From IMG/VR virus record IMGVR_UViG_3300030319_000074, positions 1-30,248 of that record: a stretch of DNA of 30,248 nucleotides, one strand, 5' to 3'. The stretch comes from a virus. Shown one piece after another: positions 1 to 9,105 of this stretch. The notes beneath the pieces are model-generated. The model had not been told where the DNA came from, made no database searches, and saw nothing but the letters and a program-made list of their open reading frames with translations. The position numbers and the translations under genes were made by a program. The stretch's first letter is position 1. The number at the start of each line of letters is the position of its first letter.

Positions 1-99
1 GTCAAGGCCATTGTTCAGCAGCTGGAAATACTCACCTGCGGAATATCCTGCCTGTGCAAACTTCCCGGCATATTCAGACAGATTATCGCCTAGTTCATC
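1..99. repeat. Left copy of the 99-nt terminal overlap (identical to 30150-30248)
   Basis: Base-by-base comparison of both window ends. It lies inside an open reading frame, so it looks like a circular-assembly overlap rather than a physical terminus. Confidence 0.95.
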
Positions 100-1095
100 C
101 GTCTTGTCCAGGCCGTTCTGTGTGCCTTTTACCACGTAGTCAAGGGCTTCGGCTGATGTCAGACCAAACTGCTCCATTAGACTGTTGACACCACGCATGG
201 TTTCTGACAGGTCAATTCCATAGGATTCTTCCAGTGTGGTTCCGATCTCAGTAAGATGTGTGAGGTCTGCCTTGGACAGATCTTCAAAGTTCTTCTTAAC
301 TGTAATCACAGAATCTGCCACGGTGTCCATGCTGTCACCAACACCATTGCCGTATACATCTTGGATAATGTCTGCTGTTTCTTCTGCTGCCGTTCCTGTT
401 TCTCCAAAGTAGGATACCGCTTTTCTGGTGGCATTTTCCGTTTCATTGAATTCGTCCATAGACGCTTTGCCAATTTCCACGATTTTATCTGCCACGCCGG
501 ACAGTTTTTCAGATGCGTCCATAAATGCACTGCTTTTCAGCGTTTCTCCAGCTTCGTCAATGCTTTCCTGCATCTTGTCTGCGGCATCTGCCATGTCCTG
601 CATACTGTCTGCTGCCGGCTCTGCGGCATTATCCATTTCTGATATGCTCTGTGCAGCACGTTCTGCGGATTGCTCCACATCACGCATATCCTCTGTAATT
701 TCATTGACACCGCTGCCACTGTCCAGATTCCGCAGATCATCTTTCAGCTTTTCCAGAGATTTCGTTGTCTGAATAATTTCACGCTGCATAGCGTTTTGCT
801 GATCTGTATTGTCTACACCTTTTGCCGCCTGCTCTTTCAGCTGTGCAAGAACTTCTTTTTGCTTTTCCAGCTTTTCTGCGGTTTGTTCTGTCATTTCACC
901 TAGATACCGCTGTTTTTGTGCAATGAGTTCCATATTGCCGGGATCCAGTTTCAGCAGCTTGTTGACATCGTTCAGCTGTGACTGCGTAGATCGCAGGCTT
1001 TTTCCAATGTCAGACAGCGATTTCATCAAACCAGACGCATCACCGTCCAGTTCAATTGTAATGCCACGAATCTTTTGATTTCCGTTTCCTGCCAT
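1..1095 (-). CDS. Tail tape measure protein, 5' part (continues in frame at 30149 across the circular junction; full gene 2,808 nt, 935 aa)
   Basis: ATG at 1095 with GGAGGTG at 1101-1107. I checked every in-frame triplet from 1095 down to 1 and found no stop. Translation starts MAGNGNQKIRGITIELDGDASGLMKSLSDIGKSL and is coiled-coil rich. It is missing from the ORF track because it has no stop inside the window. Confidence 0.85.
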   Translation of the reverse strand, partial: MAGNGNQKIRGITIELDGDASGLMKSLSDIGKSLRSTQSQLNDVNKLLKLDPGNMELIAQKQRYLGEMTEQTAEKLEKQKEVLAQLKEQAAKGVDNTDQQNAMQREIIQTTKSLEKLKDDLRNLDSGSGVNEITEDMRDVEQSAERAAQSISEMDNAAEPAADSMQDMADAADKMQESIDEAGETLKSSAFMDASEKLSGVADKIVEIGKASMDEFNETENATRKAVSYFGETGTAAEETADIIQDVYGNGVGDSMDTVADSVITVKKNFEDLSKADLTHLTEIGTTLEESYGIDLSETMRGVNSLMEQFGLTSAEALDYVVKGTQNGLDKTDELGDNLSEYAGKFAQAGYSAGEYFQLLNNGLD

Positions 1096-1106
1096 GATTT
1101 CACCTC

Positions 1107-1705
1107 CTAAAAAGCATCAAAGTCTGCCTGCACCGCAAGGCTAGGATAATCGTAAGAATCGTTCAAGGATTCTATTATCATATCACTCACCATGCCGATG
1201 GTCAGCAGACTTAGATCTGTCATATGCAGTCCCATTTGCGTACACCGCAGGAGAAACAGTGCGGTATTTATTTCTCGGTCAATGGGTCTTTCTTTTTTTT
1301 TACATCTGAGGTGGACTGTGTGTTGATTCCCCACAGTTCCAGAATCTGCGGCAAAACACTTACCAAAGACATAATGCCAAACTGTGCAAGCCAGTCCTCA
1401 ATATTGTCCGCTGTATTTTCTCGATCAGCGTGATATGCCATGATATACGCAATATTTTCCAGTGCTTCCGTATTCATTTCGCCGAAGTCTACGCTCTTTT
1501 CCAGTTCTTCCGAATTCTGCTTTGCGATTTCTTCTACGTTTTTATTCGGTGCAACCTGCTTTATCAATTCTCCCATATCTGCAAAAACGTCACGCCCGAA
1601 GTGGATACGATACAGACGGGGGATAGACGCATCTGCACGGAACAGTACCGGAACACCATCAATCATGATTTCCTTGGTCATGCCCTTATCAATTTTTACA
1701 TTCAT
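1107..1705 (-). CDS. Tail assembly chaperone, -1 frameshift fusion product (G-T-like)
   Basis: ORF 1107-1334 is in the -1 frame relative to 1268-1705. The two overlap at an A9G run (minus strand) just before the upstream stop. It sits between the major tail and tape measure genes. Confidence 0.6.
1268..1705 (-). CDS. Tail assembly chaperone (G-like, unshifted product)
   Basis: 145-aa acidic protein directly between the major tail protein and the tape measure gene. It ends ...STSDVKKKKDPLTEK at the slippery run. Confidence 0.7.
   Translation of the reverse strand: MNVKIDKGMTKEIMIDGVPVLFRADASIPRLYRIHFGRDVFADMGELIKQVAPNKNVEEIAKQNSEELEKSVDFGEMNTEALENIAYIMAYHADRENTADNIEDWLAQFGIMSLVSVLPQILELWGINTQSTSDVKKKKDPLTEK
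1292..1298 (-). promoter_or_regulatory. Slippery heptamer A_AAA_AAG for programmed -1 ribosomal frameshifting
   Basis: Plus strand reads c-ttttttttt (1292-1301). On the minus strand GTA AAA AAA AAG is in the zero frame, and the -1 frame stays open to 1107. Confidence 0.6.
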
Positions 1706-2298
1706 TCTGTCGTCTGTACCTCCGTGGTTGTGTCGGGCATGTATACTTTGCCAAACCAGCTATTGTATACGTCAGCAGTGGTTTCAGAACCGGAACGGCA
1801 CTTTACCAATCCGTTCGGCAGCGGTGTTGCAGACAATTTCAGCGTATCTGTCTGCGGTGTCTTTGTGGCTTCTGTGGTCTTGCCTGCCACAGACGGACGG
1901 GAAGCACTGCAATTGTACAGCCAGTGTCGGATGTGCTTACGGTCGCCCTTGAACTGGAATCCAAGTGCAAACTCTTCCAGCTGTGCATCAGCATTCTCGA
2001 TCAGCACGCCATTCTTGTCCTTGGTCTGATTCAGGATGTCTGTAGCAAATGACTCCGGAATCATTGCAATTTCCAGATCACCGTCATAGCCGTTGTTGTT
2101 ATTGATAACGAAATACACGCCGTCATCTGCGTAGAAGTTCTCCGGTTCGCCGTTGGCATCCATGGACAGGTTGACAGCACCCGGAATTTTGACCGGTGTT
2201 GCATAGGTGATTTCTCCTGCTTCGCTCACTGTCTTTTTGGCGTAGACAACGTTTTCCAAACCGTATTTCACTTTGTTTGGGGTATTGGTATTAGCCAT
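1702..2298 (-). CDS. Major tail protein (phi13/TP901-1-like family)
   Basis: 198 aa. The N-terminus MANTNTPNKVKYGLENVVYA...ITYATPVKIPGAVNLSMD resembles phi13-family major tail proteins. It sits upstream of the chaperone/TMP genes. Confidence 0.8.
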   Translation of the reverse strand: MANTNTPNKVKYGLENVVYAKKTVSEAGEITYATPVKIPGAVNLSMDANGEPENFYADDGVYFVINNNNGYDGDLEIAMIPESFATDILNQTKDKNGVLIENADAQLEEFALGFQFKGDRKHIRHWLYNCSASRPSVAGKTTEATKTPQTDTLKLSATPLPNGLVKCRSGSETTADVYNSWFGKVYMPDTTTEVQTTE

Positions 2299-2620
2299 TG
2301 ATAATCAGCTCCGTTTCATATGTGATTTCATACATCTTTTCCGATGCGATATAGGTTTCTTCCTTGGTGTACACAATGCCGTTCTGTTCCAGCACCTGTT
2401 CCACCATTGCTTCTGTTTGCAATTCTTTTCTGTCGGTATACAGATCTATTTGCAGGGCAGTGATCTTCTGATAGATGCTGTCGTCTGCAAGAAAATCATT
2501 CTGCGCCGGATAGTCAAACACGATCCACGGCAATTCCGGTACGTTTTCTTCGTCCCAGTGATGATAGGTGTACGGCAGACCAATTGCATCAAGCAAATCT
2601 TTGATAGATTCATAGGTCAT
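2291..2620 (-). CDS. Tail terminator / tail completion protein (position-based)
   Basis: 109-aa ORF immediately upstream of the major tail gene, with 4- to 8-nt overlaps to its neighbours. No diagnostic motif recognised. Confidence 0.45.
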   Translation of the reverse strand: MTYESIKDLLDAIGLPYTYHHWDEENVPELPWIVFDYPAQNDFLADDSIYQKITALQIDLYTDRKELQTEAMVEQVLEQNGIVYTKEETYIASEKMYEITYETELIING

Positions 2621-3030
2621 GTGCCGTTCTCCAATCGCCGCTTTACGGTCTCTACAAATTCTTCAGTATACTCTGCTTCTGCCGGTCTGATATGTTCGAT
2701 GCCGTCTACCATGCCGCCATTCCGCTTTGCGTGTCCGTATTCCAACAGGTGGGCAATTTGCGGCTTGTTCTTGTTGTGGACAACTGCCGTCTTGATCAAA
2801 CTGCCAGTTCCTCTGCGGTCTACCAGTTTGCACGTCCAGCCGTTTCGGTACGGTTTCCGCTTTGATCCGCCTTTCGGGGAACTTTTCCGCAGTGCCTTTG
2901 CACAGGCTTCACCGGATTTTTCGGCTTCTTCGTTCAGCACCTTTACGGCATGATCGCCGTAGTCTGCCAGAATCTGTGCGATTTCATCAGCCACCTGTCC
3001 GTAGTTGACGCTGCCTTTCATATGGCTCAT
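2617..3030 (-). CDS. HK97 gp10-family head-tail joining / neck protein
   Basis: 137 aa with the ...KPQIAHLLEYGHAKRNGG... segment typical of HK97 gp10-family proteins, and matching gene order. Confidence 0.7.
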   Translation of the reverse strand: MSHMKGSVNYGQVADEIAQILADYGDHAVKVLNEEAEKSGEACAKALRKSSPKGGSKRKPYRNGWTCKLVDRRGTGSLIKTAVVHNKNKPQIAHLLEYGHAKRNGGMVDGIEHIRPAEAEYTEEFVETVKRRLENGT

Positions 3031-3344
3031 GGCTGCACACCACCTTTCTTTTTGACATACAGTTCCAGTGTGTCGTTTTTCCCTTGGTACGTTCGGTATA
3101 CGCTGTAGCGGCTGCCGTTGTACTCACAGACTGTTTCACCGGCATAGTCCGGTGCAAATACGGTGAACCGGTATTCCGGCTTAATACCGTTCCTGCCGGC
3201 TTCCAGCCACTCCATACCGGATACACTGGACACATTGCAGAATACTTGTCGCTTGGATTTGGATTCGTCCTGCTGCTTTTGAATGCCGTCTGCACCCTTG
3301 GAGATACTCTGCCGGATCAAAATCAGTACATCACTGCGATCCAC
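3027..3344 (-). CDS. Head closure / head-tail adaptor protein (SPP1 gp16-like)
   Basis: The track ORF is 3027-3401. I prefer the GTG at 3344, which has GGAGGG at 3351-3356 and only a 14-nt overlap with the upstream gene. Size and position fit gp16-like stoppers. Confidence 0.55.
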   Translation of the reverse strand: MDRSDVLILIRQSISKGADGIQKQQDESKSKRQVFCNVSSVSGMEWLEAGRNGIKPEYRFTVFAPDYAGETVCEYNGSRYSVYRTYQGKNDTLELYVKKKGGVQP

Positions 3345-3621
3345 TCGAATCCCTCCAATCTGTGTATCCGGTAGCCATGGACAACTGTGCCTTTTGTTCA
3401 TCGTAGGATGCTTTCAGCCGGTCGTAATCGTCCGGCTGTCCGAAATTCATCCGGCAGTAGGTGACAATGGCACGACTGACCAGATGGTCTGTTTCTTCGG
3501 TTTCTGATACACCGGCAATGCCCAAATCCAGCTTTGCCGCTGCGATCAGATCTAGGATTTCATCGTCAAACGCATCGGTGCAGACACGCAGTGACAACTT
3601 TGCCTTATCCAGCATTGCCAT
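3331..3621 (-). CDS. Head-tail connector protein (gp6/gp15-like DNA-packaging adaptor)
   Basis: 96 aa, MAMLDKAKLSLRV..DDEILDLIAAAKLDL..., a typical N-terminal pattern for this family. It lies directly after the capsid gene. Confidence 0.65.
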   Translation of the reverse strand: MAMLDKAKLSLRVCTDAFDDEILDLIAAAKLDLGIAGVSETEETDHLVSRAIVTYCRMNFGQPDDYDRLKASYDEQKAQLSMATGYTDWRDSSGSQ

Positions 3622-3634
3622 GGTGCATCACTCC

Positions 3635-4816
3635 TCATTCGCCAGTGGTTTTGAATGTTACCTTGACAAATGCCTTGGGATTTTCCAGACCGGCATCAAA
3701 CAGGGAATAACCGCCAACGACAGTGTTGAACGTCTTTGATTCCTGCTGATTGGAGATGTACAGCTCCTCAAAGTTGTTCGCCAACAGACTGGACGGCACG
3801 CCGACATAAGCAGTGTTGTCCGCTACATTTTCATCAATCTTGACGGCTGCACCATAGATATAGCCTGCAATTTTCGGATCACTTGTCTGATCTGGCAGGA
3901 AGATCGGTCGCTTGTTTGCGTCCTGAATGCCAAACAAACCGTTCCATACAGTGTTGCTGTTGGCATAGACGCATCTTACGCCTTCTTCCTTTACCTTTGC
4001 CATAATGCTACGGATCGCCGCATCATCGTATGCCTGATTGGTCAGCACATTGTCAGTATCAATGCCATAGGTGGTGCTGTCCAGCTGTGTGATGCAACGC
4101 TTGTCCTTTGCATTACCGATACGCCGTGCCAGATGCTCTGCGATCCATGTTTCAAATGCAGCAATAGACTGCCATGTCATCTTTCTGGTGATGACCAGAT
4201 GCTTTTTGATCTCTACGCCGTCCAAAGCAAGCTGATCCCATGTGTCCTGTTCGTCATCGTTTGCCACACCTTCGGCAGTTTCTTTGGCATCACCCTGTTT
4301 GATAGCCTTGATTCGGGGAATTGCAAAACCGCTTGTCATGCCGGACTTGGTAGCATCGGAATAGATTGCAGTAGACGACTGTACCAGGTCGGCAATGCGG
4401 TTCATGATCTCTGTCGGGACAGGTGCAGCAGTGTTTGCTGTTGTCATGGTATATGCCGCACGTTCCTGCTTGGTCATTTCGCCCAGCAGATGCACACCGT
4501 CACGCACGGCCATGTTTTTCAGCCATGCTGTGCGGTATTCCGGACTGTTGCGATTGTAGGACTGTTCTGGTGTGTCGGTGTTGTCTGCGGCAAATGCTCT
4601 GGTGACAGTACCCTCCGTGCCTGCTGCTACACGGCTTCTCAGCTGTGCTTTCCGCTGTGCCACATCGTGCAGCTGCTTACGCCGTGCTTCCAGTGCGTCC
4701 ACCTCGCTTGTCAGTGCGTCAATGTCGGCACTCTCGGATTCCATCTCAGTGCGGATCGCCGCAATACGCTGCTCTACGCCCTCAATAGTCAATGCTCTGA
4801 TTTCTTCCGGTGTCAT
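3635..4816 (-). CDS. Major capsid protein, HK97 family
   Basis: 393 aa with an N-terminal coiled-coil delta-domain-like region (EIRALTIEGVEQRIAAIRTEMESESADIDAL...), directly downstream of the prohead protease. Confidence 0.85.
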   Translation of the reverse strand: MTPEEIRALTIEGVEQRIAAIRTEMESESADIDALTSEVDALEARRKQLHDVAQRKAQLRSRVAAGTEGTVTRAFAADNTDTPEQSYNRNSPEYRTAWLKNMAVRDGVHLLGEMTKQERAAYTMTTANTAAPVPTEIMNRIADLVQSSTAIYSDATKSGMTSGFAIPRIKAIKQGDAKETAEGVANDDEQDTWDQLALDGVEIKKHLVITRKMTWQSIAAFETWIAEHLARRIGNAKDKRCITQLDSTTYGIDTDNVLTNQAYDDAAIRSIMAKVKEEGVRCVYANSNTVWNGLFGIQDANKRPIFLPDQTSDPKIAGYIYGAAVKIDENVADNTAYVGVPSSLLANNFEELYISNQQESKTFNTVVGGYSLFDAGLENPKAFVKVTFKTTGE

Positions 4817-4819
4817 ATC

Positions 4820-5485
4820 TCATACCTCCATAAGTCTTAGTTTGAGTTCCAGTTTCTTTCGTTTGCGTATGTGATCCAGTGCTTTTTTGCGCTCCGCCGC
4901 AATCTCTCTGATCAATCCGTCAGAGATACTGCGTGCACTGATCTGTGTGGCATCATTGGCAGGGATAGATACTGCACTGACATCGTACAGCTTTCGAATT
5001 TTTGTGATAGTCCGTGTCACCGTAATGGTGTTGTGTTCCTTGTCCTCCACATACTCCGATTTCTGTTCTCCTACTACAAATCCAAACGACATTTTTGTCG
5101 TGTAGCCACCCTTGATTTCCTCGTACAACTGATTGCCGATGGTCGTACCAGACAGATCTGCCCGGAAATACAGCCCGATGTTGTCCGGGCTGAGTTCCAG
5201 TGTCTTGTTTGACGTTCTGGCAAACACTCTGCCCCTGTGGTCATACTGCATGATCACGTCAGACATATCGCAATCATCAAATGCTCTGCTGTCAATCTGT
5301 TCATAGACCTTGTAGTCCCCAAAATCATACAGCAGATATGGTTGATTGAATGTTGTTGCATAGCCGTCTGCGATCATGCCGGAATCATTATCGGAATTGC
5401 TGCACACGGAAAAACTCTGCATCAGCCGGTATTCCCGTCCGGCACTGAGCCGCTGCATCAGTTGTTCCATTTCCTGTTCTGTCAT
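4820..5485 (-). CDS. Prohead maturation protease, HK97 family (S78/U35)
   Basis: 221 aa. It has GYATTFNQPY...AFDDC...QYDHRG... motifs and a basic C-terminal tail. It lies between the portal and capsid genes. Confidence 0.85.
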   Translation of the reverse strand: MTEQEMEQLMQRLSAGREYRLMQSFSVCSNSDNDSGMIADGYATTFNQPYLLYDFGDYKVYEQIDSRAFDDCDMSDVIMQYDHRGRVFARTSNKTLELSPDNIGLYFRADLSGTTIGNQLYEEIKGGYTTKMSFGFVVGEQKSEYVEDKEHNTITVTRTITKIRKLYDVSAVSIPANDATQISARSISDGLIREIAAERKKALDHIRKRKKLELKLRLMEV

Positions 5486-6660
5486 TGCTCCACCTCGTCT
5501 TTCTGGTTTTCTTCGGTATCTTCCAGTTCCTCTGTGCGTTTATATTCGCCACGAATGGTGCGGACATCGCCGCCTTCCACTGGTGCTGCGTTGAATATCT
5601 CACGCACTTCATTGACGGAAAAGACACCTCTGTCCATCATCTGAGATGCCACTTTCAGTTTTTCTGTGGTGGACATATATTGCAGCCGGTTAGATGTCAG
5701 CATGATGCCGTTCCCGTTGGTGCGTTCCACAGGTGTGTAGACGCATTTTGTCATCACATCGGAAAACTGTATGGCAAACGGTTCTATGCAGCCCTCGTAG
5801 AACGCCTGCCACGCATCGCCGTATGCCTTACTTTGCAGCACATCTTCGTTCACGCCAAAATAGCTGTATACGTTGTTCTGAATCTGTGCCGCCTGCTCTT
5901 TGTCTACCGTGTAGGACGTTTGGGACAGCTGCTTGATGTCGCTGTAGGTGTTTGGGAACAACAGGATTCCGCCGCCGTCCGCTTCAAAATTCTCTCGTGA
6001 GAATCGCTTTCGCTCTTTCGCAAGGTCTTCCGGTTTGGTGAAATTGTTGATTCTCGCCATGAACCGGTAGGTGTTGCTGTTCTTAACTGCTTCGGTTATC
6101 GCCTGATTTTGTAAGTGGATCAATTCCATAGTCGGAGTCAGAGCCGCATTGCTGCTGCCGAAGAAATCGTCTTGATACTGAAATTTGGTCAGTATCCCAC
6201 AGCTGAGAAGTTCCACCGCTGCTGTTTCACCGGATGAAAACCGATACCGCAGAAACGGTTCGCCGTGTACATCAATGATGCTGCACTGTGACGGCAGCAC
6301 GGGATAGTATCCGGTGATTTCATCGTATGCTCCGAACACAGGGACAATAAACGCCGTATTCTGCATATCCAGAATGGTGGACAGGCGATAGAGAAACTGT
6401 CCCCACGTCTGCCACTCGTTTGGGCTTTGTTTCAGTCTTGTCCGCAGCTTGGGCTTTGCCGTGCCCATGATGTCTGCTTTCAGCTTGGAAATGTGCCTTG
6501 CCCGGACATCAATGGCAGACCGCACAAGTGCCGATTCGTATAGGCACCCGTGCCAGTTGGTGAATACCGGTGCATATCCGGTCAGCGTGCGGAAATACGA
6601 TGCAGCTGCCGCAGTGGATTTCGATGGACGATTGCCCCATAATTTTTGAAACAGCCCCAT
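5482..6660 (-). CDS. Portal protein, HK97 family
   Basis: I prefer the ATG at 6660 (MGLFQKLWGNRPS...), just after the TerL stop at 6665 and with GGAG upstream. The longer track ORF (to 6753) would overlap TerL by 89 nt. Confidence 0.85.
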   Translation of the reverse strand: MGLFQKLWGNRPSKSTAAAASYFRTLTGYAPVFTNWHGCLYESALVRSAIDVRARHISKLKADIMGTAKPKLRTRLKQSPNEWQTWGQFLYRLSTILDMQNTAFIVPVFGAYDEITGYYPVLPSQCSIIDVHGEPFLRYRFSSGETAAVELLSCGILTKFQYQDDFFGSSNAALTPTMELIHLQNQAITEAVKNSNTYRFMARINNFTKPEDLAKERKRFSRENFEADGGGILLFPNTYSDIKQLSQTSYTVDKEQAAQIQNNVYSYFGVNEDVLQSKAYGDAWQAFYEGCIEPFAIQFSDVMTKCVYTPVERTNGNGIMLTSNRLQYMSTTEKLKVASQMMDRGVFSVNEVREIFNAAPVEGGDVRTIRGEYKRTEELEDTEENQKDEVEQ

Positions 6661-6664
6661 GTAC

Positions 6665-8320
6665 TCACGCTCCGTTCTGTAGCTGTATGCCGTATTGGTC
6701 GTAGTATTTCTGCCGGACAGTGAAGGCATCTGCCAGAGCCGCACAGCCGTCAATGTGTGCGTTGGCAGACAGCTTTACCAGTTTGCCCCGTCCTCGTTCG
6801 TTGTTCATTTTGATTGCTGCATTCAGCAGATGCAGCTTTAACAGGTCGTTGTCACCGATGCAAATTTTTTTGTCCTTGAACAGTCCTTCCATTTCCAACA
6901 GCACCGGATAAAGGTTGTCACCCTGATACACATCATCGGTGCAGAATCCATACGTTTTCAAGTCCTGAATCAGGTACTGTGCAGAGTAACGGTCATATCC
7001 CACCATTAGCGGATAGATCTCATACTGTTCGATCATGTTGCACAGCCAACGATAGCAGTCATGGTAATCCACAAAGTTTTCGCCGGACAGTTCCAGCAAG
7101 CCACGCTGCACATAGATCTGATAGGGAACACCGTCCCGTGCAGTGGCTTCCTCCAGTTTTTCCGGCGGCAGCCAGAACTTTGCAAACACATACAGCACAC
7201 CGCCTTTTTCAATGACGATCGTTGCTGCTGTCAAGTCCGTGGTCTGTGACAAGTCTACGCCGGCAACGCAATAGCTGCCCCGGAATTCTTCCAGATGCAG
7301 CGGCTTTCCGCAGGCATGTTCCACTGCCGTTGCCTTTAGCCATGCCTGAGAACTGGACTGTTTGACGTTGCAGTATTTTGTGAGAAATTCCGCTTTCTTG
7401 GACAAGCTGCCCTCTGCAACTGCGATTTCTTCCAGCATATAATCTACCGATACAGAAACACCCAGATTCGGATTGGATTTTCGCAGTTCATTGATGTCGT
7501 TCCACTTCTCAATGTCATCGATCATGTATAGCAGGGGAAACAGCCGTTTTTCTTTACTGTCGCCTTTCAGAAATCGGGTGCACCGCTTGATCAGTTCATC
7601 ATAAATGCCGTCATTGACGTATCCAGAGGTTGAACAACTCAGCAACAGCGGCTGCCGTCTGGCTCCAAATGCGGACTTCATGACCTCGTACTGTTTCAAT
7701 CCGGTGTCTCCAGGCCAGCTTGCAATCTCATCACAGATGACCAGATGCGGATTGAATCCGTCAGACTTCTTAGCGTTAAATGCAATTTTCTTGACGCTGC
7801 TGTTGGTGGATTCCACATAGTAGTCAGACTTACGCCGCTTGATCAGATCCATTAGTTCCGGTTCGCTGGCAATGGTTTGCCAAATATCGTGATAGACAAT
7901 ATCTGCCTGATCCAGCTTGGGAGCAACGCAAAATATACGGGCACCATATTCGCCGTCCATGAATAGACAGTACACAGCAATGCCGGATAAAAACAGTGTC
8001 TTGCCGTTTTTCCGCCCGACAACAATCGGGACTTCCCGAAACTGCCGGTTGCCATTGTGATCCAGAATGCCGAATATGACCGAAACACAAGCACGCTGCC
8101 ACAGTTCCAGCCGGAGCAGCTGCGGTGCAAGTGCACCCTCGCTGTGGTGGCAAAAGCTTTCGATGAACCGAATCGCACGAGATGCTTTCTTCTGGTCAAA
8201 GGTAAATTCGCCGCTTTCCAATCCATGTATCACATAGCGATATGCCAGCCGTACCCATTCGCCAACCGGGATTGTGCCGTCTTCGATCTGCTGATAGTAG
8301 GCGTAAATGTCATTCGTCAT
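6665..8320 (-). CDS. terL: Terminase large subunit
   Basis: 551 aa with a Walker A-like VGRKNGKT and a C-terminal nuclease-type region. It sits between TerS and the portal gene. Confidence 0.9.
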   Translation of the reverse strand: MTNDIYAYYQQIEDGTIPVGEWVRLAYRYVIHGLESGEFTFDQKKASRAIRFIESFCHHSEGALAPQLLRLELWQRACVSVIFGILDHNGNRQFREVPIVVGRKNGKTLFLSGIAVYCLFMDGEYGARIFCVAPKLDQADIVYHDIWQTIASEPELMDLIKRRKSDYYVESTNSSVKKIAFNAKKSDGFNPHLVICDEIASWPGDTGLKQYEVMKSAFGARRQPLLLSCSTSGYVNDGIYDELIKRCTRFLKGDSKEKRLFPLLYMIDDIEKWNDINELRKSNPNLGVSVSVDYMLEEIAVAEGSLSKKAEFLTKYCNVKQSSSQAWLKATAVEHACGKPLHLEEFRGSYCVAGVDLSQTTDLTAATIVIEKGGVLYVFAKFWLPPEKLEEATARDGVPYQIYVQRGLLELSGENFVDYHDCYRWLCNMIEQYEIYPLMVGYDRYSAQYLIQDLKTYGFCTDDVYQGDNLYPVLLEMEGLFKDKKICIGDNDLLKLHLLNAAIKMNNERGRGKLVKLSANAHIDGCAALADAFTVRQKYYDQYGIQLQNGA

Positions 8321-8672
8321 TTGTAAATGCGTCCAGCTTGGATTTCTTCTGCTCCGGCGGCAGCATTTTGTCTAGCTTCTCAATGATCGTGGTGTAATTT
8401 TTCAGGGACGTGTTGTAGGCAGAAATTTCTGCACTGGCTTTCTTGCCGGATTGTGCCTTGCCGTTCTGGTAGGTGTCCACACACCCTTGACTGTTGATCT
8501 CGGTTTGCAGATCTTCCAGCGTGACTTTCAGGAACGCTGCATTCTGGATCAGCGGCGTGACGATCTCCAACTTGTTGGCAGGCAGGGCAGCATACAGTTT
8601 CAGCAGTCTTGCGTTTTCTTTTCGGATTCGGTTCTTTACGGTCACTTTCGGACATCTCCTTTCCGGACACAC
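8310..8672 (-). CDS. terS: Terminase small subunit, P27 family
   Basis: Resembles P27-family small terminases (...ENARLLKLYAAL...QNGKAQSGKKASAEISAYNTSLKNYTTIIEKL...). An alternative GTG start at 8645 lies 10 nt after AAAGGAG. Confidence 0.7.
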   Translation of the reverse strand: MCPERRCPKVTVKNRIRKENARLLKLYAALPANKLEIVTPLIQNAAFLKVTLEDLQTEINSQGCVDTYQNGKAQSGKKASAEISAYNTSLKNYTTIIEKLDKMLPPEQKKSKLDAFTNDE

Positions 8673-8753
8673 CCCTTACGCACGCATGGAGAGGAAAATT
8701 GACCTCCACCCATCGGTCTCCACAAGGGTATTCCAAATTTTCAAGTGGGGGGA

Positions 8754-9044
8754 CTACCAGCGAGCCGAAACGCTGCCGTCTGCATTGATGCGACAACGTT
8801 TGCCGCCGTGCAGTGCGGCATGACAGTCACGGCAGACCAGCTGCAAGTTGTCCCAGCACAAGGACATAGCTGGATCATGGATATTGTCCGGTGTCAGATG
8901 CACCTTGTGGTGTACGATCACGCCGGCAGTGTGCAGCCCTCGTGCAAGGCAAGGTTCACACAGTCCGCCTACCGATGCGGCATACGCATCACGGCATTCA
9001 CGCCATGCACGGGACTTGTAGAACGATTCTGCAAACGCCTGCAT
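8754..9044 (-). CDS. HNH endonuclease (packaging-associated)
   Basis: ATG at 9044 with AGGAGG at 9051-9056. The 96-aa product is MQAFAESFYKSRAWRECRDAY..GGLCEPC...VHHKVHL...CRDCHAALH. The 225-aa track ORF is an unsupported N-terminal extension. Confidence 0.85.
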   Translation of the reverse strand: MQAFAESFYKSRAWRECRDAYAASVGGLCEPCLARGLHTAGVIVHHKVHLTPDNIHDPAMSLCWDNLQLVCRDCHAALHGGKRCRINADGSVSARW

Positions 9045-9055
9045 TGTAATCCTCC

Positions 9056-9089
9056 TAACACAAATACCGGCACGTTTCCGTACCGGTAT
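9056..9089 (-). terminator. Intrinsic-terminator-like hairpin between the late regulator gene and the HNH gene
   Basis: Minus-strand RNA AUACCGGUACG-GAAA-CGUGCCGGUAU forms an 11-bp stem (one G-U pair) with a GNRA loop, followed by UUUGUGUU. Confidence 0.45.
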
Positions 9090-9105
9090 CTTGGTTTCTA
9101 TTCTC

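Noticed and set aside
1-99. Terminal 99-nt repeat read as a biological direct terminal repeat (DTR) of the virion DNA
   Set aside because: It sits in the middle of the tape-measure reading frame, and the HNH/P27 terminase set predicts cos ends near 8.7-9.1 kb. An assembly overlap on a circular contig is the simpler explanation.
8380-8796. 138-aa - strand ORF spanning the HNH/TerS gap, containing an internal ATG (about 8654) that sits directly after AAAGGAG
   Set aside because: That ATG directly abuts the SD (zero spacing). The frame is out of phase with the TerS-like frame and gives an Arg/Cys/His-rich product. The SD more plausibly serves the GTG at 8645 or the ATG at 8672 of TerS.
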